Assembly (NCBI GenBank): GCA_963669285.2
Contig: CAXXSI010000019.1
Span: forward strand, 78,780-142,779
From: Rhizobiaceae bacterium
Lineage (GTDB): Bacteria > Pseudomonadota > Alphaproteobacteria > Rhizobiales > Rhizobiaceae
Direction: 5' to 3'
Length of the DNA: 64,000 bases
Positions 28,904-38,986 of the stretch are shown here, one piece after another; position 1 is the stretch's first letter; each line of letters begins with the position of its first letter. A program made the translations under genes and the position numbers. The notes below the pieces were generated by a model. The model was not told the origin of the DNA. It was given only the letters and a program-made list of their open reading frames with translations, and did no database searches.

Positions 28904-29140
28904 GTGACACCGTTTCTACCGAAACGCTTTGAGCACATCGCATTCGGCCTGCTGCTGTCGGGCATGATGTCGTTCATGGTTTCGGGCCTTGCCACATTTC
29001 TGGCCGCCGGTATGGGCACCGGCTTTGTTGCCTTGTGGCTCAAGGCATGGCTATCATCCTGGATAATTGCATTTCCTGTTGTCCTGGTCGTTGCACCCTT
29101 TGTGCGGCGCATTGTGCACCGGATCATTGTCGAGGATTGA
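28904..29140 (+). CDS. DUF2798-like small membrane protein
   Basis: ORF 28796..29140 overlaps leuD. Likely GTG start at 28904 (VTPFLPKRFEHIAFGLLLSGMMSFMVSG...). Two TM segments. Confidence 0.5.
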   Translation: MTPFLPKRFEHIAFGLLLSGMMSFMVSGLATFLAAGMGTGFVALWLKAWLSSWIIAFPVVLVVAPFVRRIVHRIIVED

Positions 29141-29144
29141 TGAG

Positions 29145-29573
29145 TTGACGCGTAAACTGTTTTCCACCGGATCGCCCTTTGAAAAGACCGCCGGATACTC
29201 ACGGGCGGTGGTCGATGGAGACTGGTGTTTTGTTGCGGGAACCACCGGCTATGACTACGACAAGATGGAAATGCCGGAAGATGTGGCCGACCAGACAAGG
29301 AACTGCCTGGAAACGGTCGCCAAGGCGCTTGAGAAGGCGGGCTTCTCGTTGGCGGATGTCGTGCGGGCGCGGTACATCATCACCGATGCGGCCTATGCCG
29401 ACATCGTCTTTCCGATCCTTGGCGAGTATTTTGGCAATATCCGCCCTGCCGCGACGATGATGGTCGCCGGGCTGATCAAACCGGAGATGAAAGTCGAAAT
29501 CGAAATCACCGCCAGAAAGACACCAAGCTGGACCGGCGCTGAATTCTTCGAACTAGCCGGCGACGTCGACTGA
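29145..29573 (+). CDS. RidA/YjgF/L-PSP family protein
   Basis: ORF 29067..29573. Probable TTG start at 29145 (LTRKLFSTGSPFEKTAGYSRAVVDGDWCFVAGTTG...EIEITA). Confidence 0.7.
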   Translation: MTRKLFSTGSPFEKTAGYSRAVVDGDWCFVAGTTGYDYDKMEMPEDVADQTRNCLETVAKALEKAGFSLADVVRARYIITDAAYADIVFPILGEYFGNIRPAATMMVAGLIKPEMKVEIEITARKTPSWTGAEFFELAGDVD

Positions 29574-30566
29574 CTTTTCGGTAAGTCGGATCGGCTTCCC
29601 ATCCCGCAGAAGGTCGACAACGACACGATAGCACCCGGGAACCGGATTGCCGTGGCGGCCGGCATAGAGCGACATCTCCGGACGGGCTTTGTTTGCCGGC
29701 AAAGTTGTTCGCGACGCCATGACACCGCCTGCCGGACCATAGAGCGTTAATCGCACACGATCGCCGCGATGAAGGTTGATCACCCAGCTCCAGGCGATGA
29801 TCGCCTCGGAGTTCGAAGTGACCGCGGGCGGTGGGCCGTCTTTGGTCAGTGACATTCGATCCTTGGCCGAACCAGACAGCCCCGATCCAATCAGCGCAGT
29901 CCCTCCGATCTCGGGATAGCCCGCCCGAATATCGGCGAACATTGGTCTGATCCCGTCAGCACGGTTCGCGCATCCATCACCTGCAACCAGACCGGACCAC
30001 GGATCAATCACCTGCCCGTCTTTCAGTACTGCGACATGGACATTGGGATAGCGGGAGAAACCGGATGCGCCGATCTCACCGATCTTCTCTCCTTTGCGGA
30101 CGGTATCACCCGGTTTGGCGCGCAGACTGAACTGTCGCAGGTGACAATAGTGCACGGTAACGCCGAAGCCATGATCAATCGCAAGACCATTTCCGCACTC
30201 CCTGCCAGCTATTACCTGCAAATCCTGCCGATTGCTGACAATGCGGTCGGCCATGCCGTCGCGCGCTTCGATGACAATCCCATCAGCGATTGCCAATACT
30301 GCGATGCCATGCCGGGCATCAGCCAATGAGGGAACGCGTATGTCGGTGCCCGGATAGCCGTTGTGCGTGGCCGAACCGCAGAAGGGATCAATGGCTTCAT
30401 GGCCGGGATCCATATCCGGCATCGCCTGGATGTAGCAATCGACACCCGGCGTACAATCTGCCGGAAATGCGAAATCCTCTAAATCTGCCGACTGCGCCAT
30501 AACTTCAAGGCACGCCAGAGCGACAACTGTCGCCAGTGTGTGGTACAGATATTTGCTTCCGCCCAT
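29553..30566 (-). CDS. M23 family metallopeptidase (secreted)
   Basis: 337 aa with a signal-like N-terminus. GTDIRVP, HYCHL and NVHVAV are M23 motifs. Confidence 0.8.
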   Translation of the reverse strand: MGGSKYLYHTLATVVALACLEVMAQSADLEDFAFPADCTPGVDCYIQAMPDMDPGHEAIDPFCGSATHNGYPGTDIRVPSLADARHGIAVLAIADGIVIEARDGMADRIVSNRQDLQVIAGRECGNGLAIDHGFGVTVHYCHLRQFSLRAKPGDTVRKGEKIGEIGASGFSRYPNVHVAVLKDGQVIDPWSGLVAGDGCANRADGIRPMFADIRAGYPEIGGTALIGSGLSGSAKDRMSLTKDGPPPAVTSNSEAIIAWSWVINLHRGDRVRLTLYGPAGGVMASRTTLPANKARPEMSLYAGRHGNPVPGCYRVVVDLLRDGKPIRLTEKSVDVAG

Positions 30567-30691
30567 GGGCGGCCATGTCCTTTCTCCTCGTATCAGGATT
30601 CACAGCAGCGCTGAAAGCTGTCCCATTCCGGTTGCCACCCGCCGCGGACCGGTCTACAGGCATTCGCACAATTCCAAGGAAAGGGCATTTA

Positions 30692-31804
30692 ATGGCAACG
30701 CGCAAGCTTCTTCTTCTCCCCGGCGATGGAATCGGACCGGAAGCGATGGGCGAGGTTCGCAAGATCATCGACATGATGAACACTGAAATGGCGACCGGAT
30801 TCGAGCTTGATGAAGGGCTGGTCGGCGGTTCGGCCTATGATGCGCATGGCGAATCGATCTCCGATGAAGACATGGACAAGGCACTTGCGGCTGATGCCGT
30901 TCTATTCGGCGCCGTCGGCGGCCCGAAGTGGGATTCTGTAGCTTATGAGGTCCGGCCCGAAGCAGGTCTGCTCAGATTGCGCAAGGACATGGCACTGTTT
31001 GCCAATTTGCGCCCGGCAATCTGTTATCCGGCGCTTGCCGCATCCTCGTCGCTGAAGCAGGAGGTCGTCGAGGGCCTCGACATCCTGATCGTGCGTGAAC
31101 TGACCGGTGGTGTGTATTTCGGTGAGCCCAAGGAGATAATCGATCTCGGCAACGGACAAAAGCGAGGCATCGACACCCAGGTCTATGACACGTTTGAAAT
31201 CGAGCGCATTTCGGGTGTTGCCTTCGAACTGGCGCGGACGCGAAGCAACCATGTCACCTCGATGGAAAAACGCAATGTGATGAAATCAGGCGTGCTGTGG
31301 AACGAGGTTGTCACCAACACGCATACAGCACGGTATTCCGATGTCAAACTCGATCACATGCTGGCCGACGCTGGCGGCATGCAACTGGTGCGCTGGCCAA
31401 AGCAGTTCGACGTGATCGTCACCGACAATCTGTTCGGCGACATGCTGTCGGATGTTGCCGCCATGTTGACCGGATCGCTCGGCATGTTGCCATCCGCTTC
31501 GCTCGGCGCGCCCGATGCGGTGATCGGTTCTCGCAAGGCACTCTATGAGCCGGTTCACGGCTCGGCACCCGACATTGCCGGTCAGGGCATTGCCAATCCA
31601 ATCGCCATGATCGCGTCGTTTGCGATGTGCTTGCGTTACTCCTTCAACATGGTTGCCGAAGCCGACAGGTTGGAGGCCGCCATCGCCGCAGTCCTCGATG
31701 ACGGGCTACGTACCAGCGATATCATGTCGGAGGGCATGCGCGAGGTCGGCACCACCGAAATGGGCAATGCCGTGCTTGAGAAGTTTCGCTCGCTTTCGGG
31801 TTGA
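30692..31804 (+). CDS. leuB: 3-isopropylmalate dehydrogenase LeuB
   Basis: ORF 30536..31804. Start at [17 protein letters not shown], with NLFGDMLSD and [14 protein letters not shown]. Confidence 0.95.
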   Translation: MATRKLLLLPGDGIGPEAMGEVRKIIDMMNTEMATGFELDEGLVGGSAYDAHGESISDEDMDKALAADAVLFGAVGGPKWDSVAYEVRPEAGLLRLRKDMALFANLRPAICYPALAASSSLKQEVVEGLDILIVRELTGGVYFGEPKEIIDLGNGQKRGIDTQVYDTFEIERISGVAFELARTRSNHVTSMEKRNVMKSGVLWNEVVTNTHTARYSDVKLDHMLADAGGMQLVRWPKQFDVIVTDNLFGDMLSDVAAMLTGSLGMLPSASLGAPDAVIGSRKALYEPVHGSAPDIAGQGIANPIAMIASFAMCLRYSFNMVAEADRLEAAIAAVLDDGLRTSDIMSEGMREVGTTEMGNAVLEKFRSLSG

Positions 31805-31835
31805 CTGCGCGCGAAATTGGTGACGCGATATCGAC

Positions 31836-32984
31836 ATGAAACGCGGCATCTCGATCAGCAATGCGCAGGCGCGCGCCATTTGGCTTCGCGCCCAGCGGCT
31901 TGACCAAACCGAGCCGTTCGGCGGTGGGCCGGATGCGGTCCGGCGTGCGGTCGAGCATCTGGGATATGTGCAGATCGATACGATCAACGTGGTTGAGCGT
32001 TGTCACCATCACATTCTGTTCAATCGCATTCCAACCTATCGGCGCGGCGACCTTCATTGTGCGCAGACCAGAGACAAGGCGGTCTTCGAGTACTGGACAC
32101 ACGCGCTATCGTACATCCCGACCCGCGACCTTCGCTTTTACCTGCCGGCCATGAAGGCCCACCGGGACAATCCGTCCAAATGGTATTCCACGGTCAAGCC
32201 GTCCCAATTGCGCCGGGTGGTCGCGGAGGTGCGTAAACGCGGACCGCTTTCGATCAGAGACATCGAAGACAAGAGGCTTGTCGAGAAAGAGCATGAATGG
32301 GGAAGCCGGAAACCATCGAAAAGGGCGTTGCAACTGGCTTTTTTTAACGGTCGTCTGACCGTTGCGGAACGGATCGGCATGTTGAAGACCTACGAATTGA
32401 CAGAGCGCCATTTCGGATGGGATGCCCGGCCGCGCCCTGCAACCGACAACCAGGTCGTCGCCTATCTTTTGGACCGGGCGTTACGATCGCAGGGTTTCGT
32501 TAGTCTCGACTCGATCTGTCACCTCAATGCGCCGTCGAAGGTAGCCGTTGCGACGCTGATCGACAGGCGTGTGCGGGCCCGCAAATTGTTGCCGCTAACG
32601 ATCGATGGAGACAGCACCCAATATTGGGCGGCGCATGAAACAATTGACGACAATGCGGATAGGCAACCGGACATGGTGCACATTCTGTCGCCGTTTGATC
32701 CGTTGATCATCCAGCGAAAGCGCACAGCCGCGGTGTTCGGGTACGATCACGTATTCGAGGCCTATGTGCCGGAAGCAAAGCGGCGCTTTGGCTACTTCGC
32801 TCTCCCGGTATTGATTGGCGACGAGATTGTTGCGGCGCTTGATTTGAAAGCGGACCGGCAGAACAGTGCGCTGGAAATCAGGAAATGGAATTGGGTTGGA
32901 GACGCCTGGTCGACAGAATCCCGGCAACGCATTGAAGAGACACTGCACAGCTTCGAACGATTTCAACTTGCATCGCCGGAATAA
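31836..32984 (+). CDS. winged-helix DNA-binding protein, YcaQ/AlkZ-like (DUF1006) family
   Basis: 382 aa with LGYVQIDTINVVERCHHHILFNR and HILSPFDPLI, typical of the YcaQ family. Confidence 0.7.
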   Translation: MKRGISISNAQARAIWLRAQRLDQTEPFGGGPDAVRRAVEHLGYVQIDTINVVERCHHHILFNRIPTYRRGDLHCAQTRDKAVFEYWTHALSYIPTRDLRFYLPAMKAHRDNPSKWYSTVKPSQLRRVVAEVRKRGPLSIRDIEDKRLVEKEHEWGSRKPSKRALQLAFFNGRLTVAERIGMLKTYELTERHFGWDARPRPATDNQVVAYLLDRALRSQGFVSLDSICHLNAPSKVAVATLIDRRVRARKLLPLTIDGDSTQYWAAHETIDDNADRQPDMVHILSPFDPLIIQRKRTAAVFGYDHVFEAYVPEAKRRFGYFALPVLIGDEIVAALDLKADRQNSALEIRKWNWVGDAWSTESRQRIEETLHSFERFQLASPE

Positions 32985-32999
32985 GGCGTATTGCTGCAA

Positions 33000-33839
33000 T
33001 CAGCTTTCCGTCGTCATCGGATTGGCAGGATCGGCGGCCCATTCCTGCAGCGATGCGGTATAGACAGCAACATCGGTAAATCCGAGCCGCGTCATGACAA
33101 AGGCATTTGACGAAGCGAGGATGCCGCCACCGCAATAGGTGATCTGCCTGGCATGACGGTCACCGGGATACATGGCTTCCAGTTTATCTCGCGGCAGATA
33201 TCGGCCATCTTCATCCAGCATGTCGATTCCGCAAATATTGACCGCCGACGGGATGTGCCCGGGCCGATCGTATATCTCCATTTCGCCGCGATAACTGGCT
33301 GCCGGCAACGTGTCGATCAATTTGACGTCCGGATCGGCAATCGCCGCGGTCACTTCCTCGCGGTTTGCCATCAAGCGGGCGCGGGGATTGCAGGTGAGTT
33401 GGCGGTTTGGGTGTCTTGCGGGTTCGGTGGTAAGCGTCCGTCCTTCTGCTTTCCAAAGCTTCAAGCCGCCGTCGAGAATGGCCGCGCGGTCAAAACCGAC
33501 CCAGCACAGCATCCACCAGACACGTGCAGCCCAGGCGGACATGGAACTGTCGTAAAGAACAACGCGTGTGTCATCGCCAACACCAAGTGCGGCCATTGCG
33601 GCGCAAAATGCCTCCGGCTCAGGGACGGCGAATTCGATATCGCTATCGCGATCACACAGGTCGCCCTTCAGGTCAGCAAATCCGGCTGTTGGAATATGCT
33701 CGCGGTCGTAATCCGCGCGGCCGCTGATATTGCGCATTCCGGTTTCGGTTTGCTCGGTGCGCACGAAACAGTCGAGAACCACCAGGTCTTCATCACCCAG
33801 GTGATCTTCCAGCCATTGTGTAGATACCAGTGTGTCCAT
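33000..33839 (-). CDS. thiosulfate/3-mercaptopyruvate sulfurtransferase (tandem rhodanese)
   Basis: 279 aa beginning MDTLVSTQWLEDHL, with HIPTA and active-site ITYCGGGILAS. Confidence 0.85.
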   Translation of the reverse strand: MDTLVSTQWLEDHLGDEDLVVLDCFVRTEQTETGMRNISGRADYDREHIPTAGFADLKGDLCDRDSDIEFAVPEPEAFCAAMAALGVGDDTRVVLYDSSMSAWAARVWWMLCWVGFDRAAILDGGLKLWKAEGRTLTTEPARHPNRQLTCNPRARLMANREEVTAAIADPDVKLIDTLPAASYRGEMEIYDRPGHIPSAVNICGIDMLDEDGRYLPRDKLEAMYPGDRHARQITYCGGGILASSNAFVMTRLGFTDVAVYTASLQEWAADPANPMTTES

Positions 33840-33916
33840 GGACGATCATCCTCCATTTCGGTGGGCATGAAATTCGCAATAACATACCGGTTCCGCTCCA
33901 GCTACAAGACCGCCGT

Positions 33917-34585
33917 TCACACGACGCCTGCCGGCACCGGGCCCCATTTGTTTTCGTGTTTCTGTGAGGGGATCAGCGCGAAGACAAACAATATCAATCC
34001 GCCAACATACGGCACCAGCACAAGCAGATAGAACCAGCCCGACAATCCGATGTCGTGCTGGCGGCGCACCATGATCGATATCGACGGGAGGATAACCGCC
34101 AGCCAGGCCAATCCGCCAAGGACCATGGTGACATAGGGTTCTTCGTAATCCATGTTGCCAATGGCGAAATCGATGCTAACTCCGATACCGATTATCACCG
34201 CGATTCCAAGGTAAACAAACAGAACGAATCCCCAGAATTCCTTGCGGCGTGCCCGGGCCCGGAAGTTGACATAGTCTGCGGTAATCGCCCGCTTGAAATA
34301 AGCAAACAGACCGAGCGCTTCGCCCGGATCATGCGTAATCGGCATGGCCGCTGGCGCCGTGGATTGCCCCGTCCCCGTTGAGGCAACTGCTGCCGTTTTG
34401 GCGGTCTCGACGATGAATATCTCATGGGCGAGATCGCCGTCGGGCCGGAAATCGACGCGCGAACCTTTCCACAATTGTTGCAACTGCTGAAGATCGGCTC
34501 GCGCGAACGCATAGCGATTTCCATCGTCGCCGCTAATGAATCCCTGTCCGATTTTGTCGTCATAGTGGAGCACTTCACCGCGCAT
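33917..34585 (-). CDS. DUF805 inner-membrane protein with an extra N-terminal soluble domain
   Basis: ORF 33917..34651. Start at MRGEVLHYDD. The C-terminal half (RARRKEFWGF...RRQHDIGLSGW...ENKWG) is DUF805/YhaH-like. Confidence 0.7.
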   Translation of the reverse strand: MRGEVLHYDDKIGQGFISGDDGNRYAFARADLQQLQQLWKGSRVDFRPDGDLAHEIFIVETAKTAAVASTGTGQSTAPAAMPITHDPGEALGLFAYFKRAITADYVNFRARARRKEFWGFVLFVYLGIAVIIGIGVSIDFAIGNMDYEEPYVTMVLGGLAWLAVILPSISIMVRRQHDIGLSGWFYLLVLVPYVGGLILFVFALIPSQKHENKWGPVPAGVV

Positions 34586-34665
34586 TTTGTAGTTCCCTCG
34601 TGCATTCCGGCGATTATGCGCCGATGATTCGCCATTATCGGGCTGTTTCACGCCGGGTAAAGCGT

Positions 34666-36510
34666 TTACCAGGAATCGATGTAGCTTCTCCCGCCCAAAC
34701 GCTTCTCGGTTTCTGCCACGTTCAGTCCGGTGACGAGCCAGTTGCGGGTGTCTGCGGGATCAATTACGGCGTCGAATTCGACCTTGCGTGCCGCATTGAC
34801 CGCCCTGCCCCTTTCATAGGCCTTGGCGACCAGACGGTCGAATAGCGCTTGGCGCTCATCGACATCGGCGATGGAGTTGAGCTGTTTTTTGGCTCCAAGC
34901 TTGACGGCTCCCTCCAGACCCATCGCACCGACCTCGCCGCTGGGCCATGCGACCGTGAAGGCGGACCGGTGAAAGCTGCCGCCCGCCATGGCCTGCGCAC
35001 CGAGGCCATAGCCCTTGCGCAAGATAATCGTGAACAGCGGAACCGAGAGGTTGGCGCCGGCGAGAAACATGCGGCCTATGTGACGCACCTGCGCCTGGCG
35101 CTCGACATCCGGCCCGACCATGAAACCCGGCGTGTCGCAGAGCGAAATCACAGGCAGACCATGCGCGTCGCAGAGTTGGAGGAAGCGGGCTGCCTTGTCA
35201 GCGGCGTCCGGATCGATCGCACCGCCCAGATGCAGTGGGTTGTTCGCCATCAATCCGCATGGCCGCCCTTCGATGCGTACCAGTGCCGTGATCATTCCGG
35301 CTGCAAACCCGCCGCGCAATTCCAGAACACTGTCCTGATCGCTAATGGCGTTGATGGCGGCCCGCATATCGTAGGCCAGTTGCCTGTCTTCAGGAACGAT
35401 GTTTCGCGAAACCTGCAAATCCGGTGCAATCCAGTCCGGCAAGGTTCCCTGGAAATATCCCAGATATCGTTTTGCGACTTCCACGGCCTCCGCCTCGTTT
35501 TCGACCAGCACGTCAATGACGCCGTTGGCCAATTGGACATCCGCGGGACCAATTTCTTCTGGCGCGAAGCTGCCGAGGCCACCACCTTCGATCATTGCCG
35601 GGCCACCCATACCGATGTTGGAGTTTCTTGTGGCGATCACCACGTCAGCGGTGGCGGGAAATGCTGCATTGCCGGCAAAACAGCGCCCGGCGACGATGGC
35701 AATAATCGGCACTTTTCCCGAAAGCTGAGCGAAGCGGTAAAAACTAGGCACATCCAAACCTGAGAATGCGATCTCACCAGCATCGATATCGTTCGGCCTG
35801 CCGCCACCGCCCTCGGCGAAAATGATCACCGGAACCGGATTGCGGTGCACGACATCAAGCAGGCGGTCGATCTTCTTGTGGTGGAAAAACCCCTGCGTTC
35901 CAGCCATCACCATGTAGTCGACCGCCAGCACGGCACATGATGTCCGATCCGCACCGAAATGGTTGGCGTTCACCGTGGCAATGCCGCTGATCAATCCGTC
36001 GGCCGGCGATTTGGCGGTCAATTCTTCCTCGGAGTATTTCCTGCGTTGTGCGGCAAGCGCCAGACCGCCATATTCTGTAAAACTGCCTTCATCGACCAGA
36101 TCAGCTATGTTTTCACGTGCGGTGCGCATGCCATTGGCGTGGCGTTTTTCGACAGCCTCAGCGCGCGCTTCGTCCAGCGTAAGCGCGTTTTGACGGTCGG
36201 CAAATTCGAGATCCGATCGGTTACTGGCAACTTCCTCGGATTTCTGCGGAACCGATCGGGCTGCATTTGTTACATCAGGCGCCAGCTCCAACAGCACCGT
36301 TCCGGCCTCAATCGTGTCGCCTTCGGCGACCTCCAGTGCAACGATCCGACCGGAATGGGGCGCGCAAATTTCCTGCCGCATCTTCATCAATTCGGTCGTT
36401 ATCAGCAGATCGTTCCTTGAAACCTGTTGATCAACGGCGGCGAAAACGCCGGTAACGAGGGCCGCCGCTTCGGCGCGAATGACCATGGCGCCTTCGGATT
36501 TTTGCTGCAT
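34666..36510 (-). CDS. acyl-CoA carboxylase: N-terminal biotinyl (BCCP) domain fused to a carboxyltransferase domain
   Basis: ORF 34666..36600. Start preferred at the ATG at 36510 (AAGGAA upstream). Biotinylation motif ELMKM, then an AccD/PccB-like carboxyltransferase (FAEGGGGR, GRCFAGNA, GGAIDPDAADKAARF). Confidence 0.8.
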   Translation of the reverse strand: MQQKSEGAMVIRAEAAALVTGVFAAVDQQVSRNDLLITTELMKMRQEICAPHSGRIVALEVAEGDTIEAGTVLLELAPDVTNAARSVPQKSEEVASNRSDLEFADRQNALTLDEARAEAVEKRHANGMRTARENIADLVDEGSFTEYGGLALAAQRRKYSEEELTAKSPADGLISGIATVNANHFGADRTSCAVLAVDYMVMAGTQGFFHHKKIDRLLDVVHRNPVPVIIFAEGGGGRPNDIDAGEIAFSGLDVPSFYRFAQLSGKVPIIAIVAGRCFAGNAAFPATADVVIATRNSNIGMGGPAMIEGGGLGSFAPEEIGPADVQLANGVIDVLVENEAEAVEVAKRYLGYFQGTLPDWIAPDLQVSRNIVPEDRQLAYDMRAAINAISDQDSVLELRGGFAAGMITALVRIEGRPCGLMANNPLHLGGAIDPDAADKAARFLQLCDAHGLPVISLCDTPGFMVGPDVERQAQVRHIGRMFLAGANLSVPLFTIILRKGYGLGAQAMAGGSFHRSAFTVAWPSGEVGAMGLEGAVKLGAKKQLNSIADVDERQALFDRLVAKAYERGRAVNAARKVEFDAVIDPADTRNWLVTGLNVAETEKRLGGRSYIDSW

Positions 36511-36656
36511 CGGTGTTCCTTTGACGTGCGGCTGGCAACTGTATTGCGACTTCGGCGATGCCGGAACCAGCAAAACACGTTTTTCACTGATCCCTGCCAT
36601 ATCGATTGACTCATGGTGAAAACCGAAACATAAGCAGCGGCGAAACGGAGAGACCG

Positions 36657-36773
36657 ATGCGCGTCGAAGGACAAGCCATTGTCGAGGAATATGTAGCCGG
36701 GCGAATCGCCGGGGCGAATTCCGCTGCCGTTTTCACCAAACGCACGGCCAAAACGACCACCAAAACGGTCTGA
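36657..36773 (+). CDS. candidate 38-aa leader peptide upstream of asd (hypothetical)
   Basis: Encodes MRVEGQAIVEEYVAGRIAGANSAAVFTKRTAKTTTKTV. GGAGAG lies 4 nt upstream of the ATG. The C-terminus is Thr/Lys-rich and is followed by two GC-rich hairpins. Too short for the ORF track. Confidence 0.25.
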   Translation: MRVEGQAIVEEYVAGRIAGANSAAVFTKRTAKTTTKTV

Positions 36774-36880
36774 CCCCTCTGGCCTGCCCGATTCTCCCCG
36801 GGGTGTTGCGCCGGGGGAAACGGACCCGCGGCTTGGCCGCGCGGGTTTGATAAAAGGGGAGGCGAACAGGAACTAGCATA

Positions 36881-37915
36881 ATGGGTTTCAAAATTGCGAT
36901 TGCCGGCGCCACCGGAAATGTGGGCCGCGAAATGCTCAATATTCTGGAAGAACGCGGATTTCCCGCCGATGAGATTGTGCCGCTCGCCTCGCGGCGTTCG
37001 GTTGGCACCGAGGTGTCCTATGGCGATCGGACGCTGAAAGTCCGAGCGCTTGATACGCATGACTTTTCTGATACCGATATTTGCCTCATGTCGGCGGGCG
37101 GTTCCGTGTCCAAGGATGTGTCGCCGAAAATCGGTGCGCAGGGATGTGTCGTCATCGATAATTCCTCGGCATGGCGCTACGACGCCAGCGTTCCGCTGAT
37201 CGTGCCGGAGGTCAATCCGGATGCGATCGACGGATTTACGAAAAAGAACATCATCGCCAATCCGAATTGCTCAACCGCGCAGCTGGTCTTGGCGCTGAAA
37301 CCGCTTCACGAGGCGGCCACAATCAAGCGCGTTGTTGTCGCCACCTACCAGTCGGTATCCGGCGCCGGAAAAGAAGGCATGGATGAACTGTTTGAGCAGA
37401 GCCGGGCAGTCTTTGTGGCCGACCCGATCGAAACGAAGAAGTTCACCAAGCGCATTGCCTTCAACGTCATTCCGCACATCGACGATTTCATGGAAGACGG
37501 AACGACCAAGGAAGAGTGGAAGATGGTCGCCGAGACCAAGAAGATGATTGATCCGAAGATCAAGCTGACAGCGACCTGTGTACGTGTGCCGGTGTTTATC
37601 GGTCATTCCGAAGCGGTCAATATCGAGTTTGCCAAGCCGATTTCCGCTGATGAAGCGCGCGAAATCCTACGCGATGCGCCCGGATGTCTGGTTGTCGACA
37701 AGCGCGAGGATGGCGGCTACGTGACGCCGTACGAATCAGCCGGTGAGGACGCATCCTACATCAGCCGCATCCGCGAGGATTCGACCATCGACAATGGGCT
37801 CAATATGTGGGTCGTTTCCGACAATCTTCGCAAGGGTGCCGCGCTCAACACGGTGCAGATTGCCGAATTGCTGCTGGCGCGCGGGCTGATCCAGCCAAAG
37901 AAACAAGCAGCCTGA
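36881..37915 (+). CDS. asd: aspartate-semialdehyde dehydrogenase
   Basis: 344 aa beginning MGFKIAIAGATGNVGREM, with NPNCSTAQ and SGAGK. Confidence 0.95.
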   Translation: MGFKIAIAGATGNVGREMLNILEERGFPADEIVPLASRRSVGTEVSYGDRTLKVRALDTHDFSDTDICLMSAGGSVSKDVSPKIGAQGCVVIDNSSAWRYDASVPLIVPEVNPDAIDGFTKKNIIANPNCSTAQLVLALKPLHEAATIKRVVVATYQSVSGAGKEGMDELFEQSRAVFVADPIETKKFTKRIAFNVIPHIDDFMEDGTTKEEWKMVAETKKMIDPKIKLTATCVRVPVFIGHSEAVNIEFAKPISADEAREILRDAPGCLVVDKREDGGYVTPYESAGEDASYISRIREDSTIDNGLNMWVVSDNLRKGAALNTVQIAELLLARGLIQPKKQAA

Positions 37916-37935
37916 ACGGTTACTGGGAGGCGGGA

Positions 37936-38358
37936 TTGGCCTGGATTGTACGGATATTCAAATCCTTCCTCGCCCTTCCTGTCTGGGTGATTATCTGGAT
38001 TTGCCTGTTTCTGGTGCCAGCCAATTTCGCTGGATTATGGTTCCTCGGTACAGATGTCGGGTTCTGGGTGACCGTTCTGGGTGCGGGCGCGATTATTCTG
38101 AACGGCATACCGGTCCTGCTCAATGGCGGTGCGTCGAAGGTGCTGGCCATTCCGCATGTGATCTGCTGGGTGCCGCTGGAGATTATCCTGATCCGGATGG
38201 TGATGGGCGGCAATCTGGGGGGCGCGGAGTGGTGGCTTGCGGTGATCGTTTTGATCATCAACGGTATTTCACTCGGATTCGATTTCTACGATACGGCTGA
38301 ATGGTGGCGTGGAAACCGCAAAGTGGTCGGCTATGAGGATGAGCCGGTTAGAATCTAA
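37936..38358 (+). CDS. hypothetical 4-TM membrane protein
   Basis: ORF 37807..38358 overlaps asd. Likely TTG start at 37936 with GGGAGG 7 nt upstream. Hydrophobic segments run throughout. Confidence 0.5.
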   Translation: MAWIVRIFKSFLALPVWVIIWICLFLVPANFAGLWFLGTDVGFWVTVLGAGAIILNGIPVLLNGGASKVLAIPHVICWVPLEIILIRMVMGGNLGGAEWWLAVIVLIINGISLGFDFYDTAEWWRGNRKVVGYEDEPVRI

Positions 38359-38426
38359 AACGTTTGGACAAGGCAATCGGGTTGGTTGAACCCGATCGCC
38401 GCAAACCAATGATCCCCGCAATCCCG

Positions 38427-38882
38427 TTAAAGGTCGAGCTCTGAGAGCACGCTGTTCAAGGTCTCATTCAATCCCGGAATTGCGGGTTTCAGCACGGCTC
38501 CATCACCCAGTTCCGAAGCGAGGTGTACGATCTCGATGCGGTAGGCCAGCACCTCGGCCTCCTCACTGTCGTCTTCCAGCGCACGGGCAATTCCCTTTGC
38601 CGCCGCTTCCAGCTTGTATGTCTGCTTGTGGATCAGCTCGAAATCGCCGGCGTCAAACGCGCTGACAATGGATGCCATCGCTTCGCGGGCCATGATGGCC
38701 GCATCCATTTTCGATTCCGGAATTTTGGCCTCGTAGTGATCGGCGCGTTGTGCGGTCTCGCCGGCGGACGCATATGTCGCCGGAGCGATGATGCTCACGG
38801 TAATCAACAAGGCCGCAATCACTGTTCGGCGCCAAACTGATGGAAGCCCGGCAGTACCGGGCGTGCGAAAATTCAGAATCAT
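38427..38882 (-). CDS. hypothetical exported helical protein
   Basis: ORF 38427..38942. Start moved to MILNFRTPGTAGLPSVWRRTVIAALLITVSIIAPATYASA (signal-like). No recognised domain. Confidence 0.5.
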   Translation of the reverse strand: MILNFRTPGTAGLPSVWRRTVIAALLITVSIIAPATYASAGETAQRADHYEAKIPESKMDAAIMAREAMASIVSAFDAGDFELIHKQTYKLEAAAKGIARALEDDSEEAEVLAYRIEIVHLASELGDGAVLKPAIPGLNETLNSVLSELDL

Positions 38883-38986
38883 GATCGTTCTCCAATTGAA
38901 GGGGGTCAAGGCCCCGACATTGACGGTAGCGCATCGCCACAACGATCATTCCTGATAATAGTTGTCAAGTATTGTTTTGTTTATTT

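Noticed and set aside
30575-30691. In-frame upstream extension of leuB ([13 protein letters not shown]...), considered as an N-terminal extension or a Leu-rich leader.
   Set aside because: The LeuB homology starts at [15 protein letters not shown] (30692). The extension is not conserved-looking, and its two adjacent Leu codons are too few for an attenuator.
36511-36600. The first 30 codons of ORF 34666..36600 (MAGISEKRVLLVPASPKSQYSCQPHVKGTP), considered as part of the carboxylase.
   Set aside because: There is no SD upstream of 36600, whereas AAGGAA precedes the ATG at 36510. The biotinyl domain begins after Met31. The start remains uncertain.
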